Shown here one piece after another: positions 37,076-39,904 of a DNA stretch of 39,904 bases. The notes under the pieces were generated by a model. It did no database searches. It had not been told where the DNA came from and saw only the letters and a list, made by a program, of their open reading frames with translations. Every line of letters begins with the position of its first letter. Position 1 is the first letter of the stretch. The stretch comes from Patescibacteria group bacterium (GTDB taxonomy: Bacteria; Patescibacteriota; UBA1384; 2-12-FULL-50-11; DASWYB01): assembly GCA_041486955.1 (NCBI GenBank), contig JBGPML010000002.1, forward strand, positions 1-39,904. The letters run 5' to 3'. A program made the translations under genes and the position numbers.

Positions 37076-37154
37076 TAAAAGGAATAGTCTCGAACATTTT
37101 TTGTGCGAGACCAGGTCGAACCTGCGTTGAAAGACGTATGGTTTAGCACGTTAG

Positions 37155-37171
37155 TTTCTTACAACCGCACA
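37155..37171 (+). other. 3' strand of the 16S processing stem
   Basis: tttcttacaaccgcaca is complementary to 35386-35402. Confidence 0.7.
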
Positions 37172-37205
37172 GTCTCTGTTAAAAACTCTTGGTTTGGCCA
37201 ATAAC

Positions 37206-37273
37206 GGCGTTAGTGTTTCCGAGTCTCCTTCAACGTACCTTAAGTACGTCTCAGTACGATTCTCAACACCGCC
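37206..37273. repeat. palindromic element copy C4, just 3' of the 16S processing stem
   Basis: ggcgttagtgtttccgagtctccttcaacgtaccttaagtacgtctcagtacgattctcaacaccgcc aligns with the C2 core. A T6 run follows at 37295-37300. Confidence 0.5.
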
Positions 37274-37488
37274 TTGTTCTTGTCTCAAACTAAGAGTTTT
37301 TTATTTGGATTTACCTCAAAGCAATGACATATTGGGGCACCGGATAACTGCATTTTTTGTTCTCATTCCAAATATCTGTGCTTTGAAGGTTTTATATAGT
37401 TCCAATTTGTCGTTAGCTATTGCCCAATTTGTTGGGGTTTTTTATAATGAATAAAATCCCATACGACCAAATGAGGAGGATGCCGATC

Positions 37489-37689
37489 ATGAGAGTTTGG
37501 GCAAAAGCAGAGAGTGGAAATGGCCGGACCCGATGCGAAGAGCTTCAGCTTCGGAATCCGCACGACACCGACGCCGTTCAAGAGCAGGTTCGGAACCACT
37601 TCGAGGTCTACGGCCCAGAATTCACGGCTGGATGTGCCTTCAGGTTAGAGGGGCTTCCGGGCAGTATTCCTATGGTGTTCTCCCGGTAA
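37489..37689 (+). CDS. hypothetical 66-aa protein in GC-rich insert
   Basis: GAGGAGG lies 9 nt before ATG 37489. No family recognised. GC-rich DNA inflates ORF length, so the call is weak. Confidence 0.3.
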   Translation: MRVWAKAESGNGRTRCEELQLRNPHDTDAVQEQVRNHFEVYGPEFTAGCAFRLEGLPGSIPMVFSR

Positions 37690-37794
37690 ACCGGGATCTG
37701 CGAGTCGCTGACATTTTTCAAGAGGTCGTCGCGCATTCGCGGCAAGGACCAGGCGGGACATCTCCTTGAATAGGGGGAGCTCTGTCTCGCTCCC

Positions 37795-37868
37795 GCCTCC
37801 GTAGCGCAGTGGGATAGCGCGCTTGGGGCAAATCCAAGAGGTCGGCGGTTCGAGTCCGTCCGGAGGCC
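37795..37868 (+). tRNA. tRNA-like gene, non-canonical anticodon loop GGCAAAU (anticodon CAA if read conventionally, G at position 33), short variable arm, no encoded CCA
   Basis: Hand-folded cloverleaf: gcctccg/cggaggc acceptor, gcgc D-stem, cttgg/ccaag anticodon stem, ggcgg-ttcgagt-ccgtc T-arm, discriminator C. Confidence 0.55.
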
Positions 37869-37893
37869 TTGGGGATACGGGGTAGTGGAAATA

Positions 37894-37924
37894 GCGGTCG
37901 GGCAGAGCCCGGCCGCATTTTTTT
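37894..37924 (+). terminator. strong rho-independent terminator after the first tRNA-like gene
   Basis: gcggtcggg-cagag-cccggccgc, then a, then T7. Confidence 0.75.
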
Positions 37925-37989
37925 ATTGCTAAATAATATATTTTTGAGTAACAATAGTAACAGAGTCATCTTCGAGGAAGGAGGGAAAG

Positions 37990-38238
37990 ATGCCAACTCT
38001 GACACCAGCAAGAGAGCTGGAAGAATCACCGACCACAACGCTCCCCGACTTACCGGTAGTGCCAGGTTGGGAGAACCTGGTCGATGAAGCAACGCGAATG
38101 TGTCGACTCATCGATCAACATCTCGACTTCGAGGAGCGGGGCCGGCGGCTGCTGCCCGGGCAGCGCTTCATGCCGATTGGACTGTGCCCGCAACAGCGGG
38201 TGGGAATGACCACAGATCTTAAGGCCTTATGTGGGTAG
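37990..38238 (+). CDS. hypothetical 82-aa protein in GC-rich insert
   Basis: SD AGGAAGGAGGG 4 nt before the ATG. Followed by an 8-bp hairpin ggcgcaac-tcga-gttgcgcc. No family recognised. Confidence 0.35.
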   Translation: MPTLTPARELEESPTTTLPDLPVVPGWENLVDEATRMCRLIDQHLDFEERGRRLLPGQRFMPIGLCPQQRVGMTTDLKALCG

Positions 38239-38265
38239 TGAACGGCGCAACTCGAGTTGCGCCGT

Positions 38266-38338
38266 ACCCCCGTAGCTCAATTGGCAGAGCATTGGGCCGT
38301 TAACCCAAAGGTTGGTGGTTCGAATCCACCCGGGGGTG
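38266..38338 (+). tRNA. tRNA-Asn(GUU)-like gene with C instead of U at position 33, no encoded CCA
   Basis: Hand-folded cloverleaf: acccccg/cgggggt acceptor, gctc-aattggca-gagc D-arm, ttggg-CCGTTAA-cccaa anticodon arm, ggtgg-ttcgaat-ccacc T-arm, discriminator G. Confidence 0.6.
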
Positions 38339-38396
38339 TTTCAGCTTTTCCGGCGGCCGCCCTGGCGCCATTTGACACTTGAAGGGGGTGAAGCAT

Positions 38397-38420
38397 AAGC
38401 CAGCTCAGTGAGCTGGCTTT
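38397..38420 (+). terminator. 9-bp hairpin aagccagct-cagtg-agctggctt (weak T tail)
   Basis: Read directly, at the right edge of the GC-rich insert. Confidence 0.4.
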
Positions 38421-38424
38421 AGAC

Positions 38425-38453
38425 TTGTGAAAAGGTGTAATATTTAGTACAAT
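38425..38453 (+). promoter_or_regulatory. possible promoter TTGTGA-17-TACAAT upstream of tRNA-Ile
   Basis: Read directly, ~165 nt upstream of the tRNA. Confidence 0.3.
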
Positions 38454-38616
38454 TTACAGAGTAATAACGTTCGTTTGTTCTCCTGGGGCATATCTCGCAA
38501 GGGGATTCCCTTCGGTCATCCCACAGGGACTTCCTCTAGTCGTAGCTTATTTGTCCGCTGGCTGGAGGAAGAGCACGTCGACTGTAAATTAAAACTTCAT
38601 TCATAATTCTTCCTGG

Positions 38617-38693
38617 GGGCGTATAGCTCAGCTGGTTAGAGCGCGTCACTGATAATGACGAGGTCCATGGTTCGAGTCCATGTACGCCCACCA
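38617..38693 (+). tRNA. tRNA-Ile (anticodon GAU), CCA encoded
   Basis: gggcgta/tacgccc acceptor, cgtca-CTGATAA-tgacg anticodon arm, catgg-ttcgagt-ccatg T-arm. Flanked by complementary ttcttcctgg / ccaggaagga. Confidence 0.95.
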
Positions 38694-38733
38694 GGAAGGA
38701 ATAAGAAAAAGAGTTTTAATTTCCCGCTACGCG

Positions 38734-38790
38734 GATAAGGACGGGGTCCATGGTCCGCCAACTGGCGGAGAGTCCATGTACACCCACTGG
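38734..38790 (+). pseudogene. degenerate duplicate of the tRNA-Ile 3' half (anticodon loop to 3' end) with a ~15-nt hairpin inserted in the T-loop
   Basis: gataaGgacgGggtccatggt[ccgccaactggcgga]gagtccatgtacAcccacTgg versus the tRNA's gataatgacgaggtccatggttcgagtccatgtacgcccaccagg. Flank similarity continues to ~38803. Confidence 0.5.
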
Positions 38791-38815
38791 GAGAACATAG
38801 GAAAGAATTTAATTG

Positions 38816-39259
38816 ATGAAACCAGGCTCAGATTATATTGGTATTGGAGCAGGAGGAGCTATTGTGAATGAGAATGGCGAGCTCTTTTTAGCGCTACGGA
38901 GCAAAAATGTCCGAAATGAACCTGAATTTTGGGAATTTCCGGGTGGTGGTGTGGAATTTGGCGAAACGCTTGAATCAGCCCTAAAGCGGGAAATGAAAGA
39001 AGAGTATAGGGTTGATATTGAAATTATCGAACTCATCGGCGTGAGCGACTCGGTTTTGCCAAAAGAGAAACAGCACTGGGTATCACCAGGATATTTATGT
39101 AAAATAGTTAAGGGTGACCCTCAAATAGTTGAGCCTGAAAAATGCGAGGAAATCGGCTGGTTTTCTTTGTCAGAAATAGAAAATCTTCCATTAAATACGC
39201 CCACTCGATTTGAGTTAATGATTATTAAAAAAAGATACCCCGAAGGAATCAAAATATGA
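38816..39259 (+). CDS. NUDIX hydrolase
   Basis: Nudix box GGGVEFGETLESALKREMKEEYRVD (Gx5Ex7REUxEExGU). The start could be TTG 38813. Confidence 0.85.
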   Translation: MKPGSDYIGIGAGGAIVNENGELFLALRSKNVRNEPEFWEFPGGGVEFGETLESALKREMKEEYRVDIEIIELIGVSDSVLPKEKQHWVSPGYLCKIVKGDPQIVEPEKCEEIGWFSLSEIENLPLNTPTRFELMIIKKRYPEGIKI

Positions 39260-39759
39260 TTGCTACTTCTCACGTAATAATTGGCGGCGCTGTCGGTACT
39301 GCCGTTGGTGTTGCCACAGGAAGTCTCACAGCCGCGCTTGTGGCCGGGGTGGTGTCTCATTTAGTCTGCGACCTCATTCCCCATATTGATCATCCCCCCG
39401 CTCCATTTATTGATGGCGAATTGCAATGGACAAAAGGAGTTTATATTTTTGCGATTACCGACAGTGCGATTGCCGGACTGGTAACCCTGTTTTTCTGGTT
39501 TTCTTTTTTTAGTTTTCCGTTAATCACGCCATTTATTATGGGGGCAATTGGCGGATATTTGCCTGACTTTGTTGATAACGTGCCATTTTGGAATACAAAA
39601 ACTCGTCAGTTACCTGGCTTGCGCGAGTTTCATGAACTTCATGACGATATTCACGCGATCTGGAAACCATATTTCCCCATGCCGAAAAACTGGTTAATCG
39701 GGATTTCAACCCAGATTACTCTGGCTGGTGCCAGTTTGCTTTATCTGCTTAAGCCTTGA
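39256..39759 (+). CDS. membrane protein, YdjM/DUF457-like putative metal-dependent hydrolase
   Basis: SH..IGG near the N-terminus, H..CDLIPHIDHP, several TM helices. Overlaps the NUDIX stop (ATGA). Family assignment from memory. Confidence 0.55.
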   Translation: MIATSHVIIGGAVGTAVGVATGSLTAALVAGVVSHLVCDLIPHIDHPPAPFIDGELQWTKGVYIFAITDSAIAGLVTLFFWFSFFSFPLITPFIMGAIGGYLPDFVDNVPFWNTKTRQLPGLREFHELHDDIHAIWKPYFPMPKNWLIGISTQITLAGASLLYLLKP

Positions 39760-39784
39760 AAAAACGTCTGAATTTAGGTATAAT
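39756..39784 (+). promoter_or_regulatory. sigma70-like promoter TTGAAA-17-TATAAT upstream of tRNA-Ala
   Basis: Read directly. The -35 overlaps the stop codon of the preceding CDS. Confidence 0.55.
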
Positions 39785-39828
39785 TAGTCTGTTTTAGACG
39801 GGTTAAATAATCCGTCTGATAGCATTAT

Positions 39829-39904
39829 GGGCCATTAGCTCAGTTGGTAGAGCAACTCCTTTGCAAGGAGAAGGTCCGCGGTTCGAATCCGCGATGGTCC
39901 ACCA
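39829..39904 (+). tRNA. tRNA-Ala (anticodon UGC), CCA encoded
   Basis: G3:U70 pair in acceptor gggccat/atggtcc, loop TTTGCAA, cgcgg-ttcgaat-ccgcg T-arm. Ends at the window edge. Confidence 0.95.

Noticed and set aside
37718-38092. Minus-strand 124-aa ORF and a plus-strand 72-aa ORF spanning the first tRNA-like gene and its terminator
   Set aside because: They overlap a cloverleaf and an intrinsic terminator. The sequence is low-complexity, and this is a GC-rich artefact.
38560-38600. SRP-RNA-like motif (ctggctggaggaagagcac) upstream of tRNA-Ile
   Set aside because: It only superficially resembles the GGAA-tetraloop/AGCA region of 4.5S RNA. The flanking strands do not form the required helix 8.
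38680-38871. 63-aa ORF starting inside the tRNA-Ile 3' end
   Set aside because: It begins within the tRNA and runs through the tRNA-half duplicate into the NUDIX gene in another frame. It has no RBS.

Overview
The window reads as a chromosomal segment of a small-genome, CPR/Patescibacteria-like bacterium. That assignment is inference, based on shortened universal proteins (EF-Ts 151 aa, RF1 302 aa, ProRS 408 aa without an editing domain), no pyrH between tsf and frr, and a 16S rRNA with an inserted hairpin. TGA is used as a stop codon, so the code is standard. Most of the window is housekeeping: a partial cysteine desulfurase, mnmA, an S41 protease, lemA-htpX, gatCA-PPIase-hyp-gatB, htrA, prfA-prmC, rpmE-rpsB-tsf-frr, rseP, proS, a tpiA-gap-pgk cluster, tig and clpP. 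The end of the window holds a 16S rRNA gene, tRNA-Ile and tRNA-Ala.

The items most worth a second look are:
1. The rRNA operon is broken up. 16S, tRNA-Ile and tRNA-Ala are separated by terminators, separate promoters, two protein genes and a GC-rich insertion.
2. That insertion carries two CCA-less tRNA-like genes whose anticodon loops lack the near-universal U33.
3. A second GC-rich island holds a tandem pair of secreted HAF-like repeat proteins. Each has its own UUCG-loop terminator, and a GGCCT-rich spacer lies between them.
4. A dispersed family of ~68-nt imperfect-palindrome elements sits at gene 3' ends. Two copies are nested inside longer unrelated hairpins.
5. A ~190-nt rod-like foldback downstream of the S41 protease gene may be an ncRNA.
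6. A degenerate duplicate of the tRNA-Ile 3' half lies just downstream of that tRNA.
7. A HEPN-like small protein is embedded in the gatCAB operon.

No CRISPR array, transposase, integrase or recognisable defence operon was seen. All structure and homology calls were made by eye and need computational confirmation.
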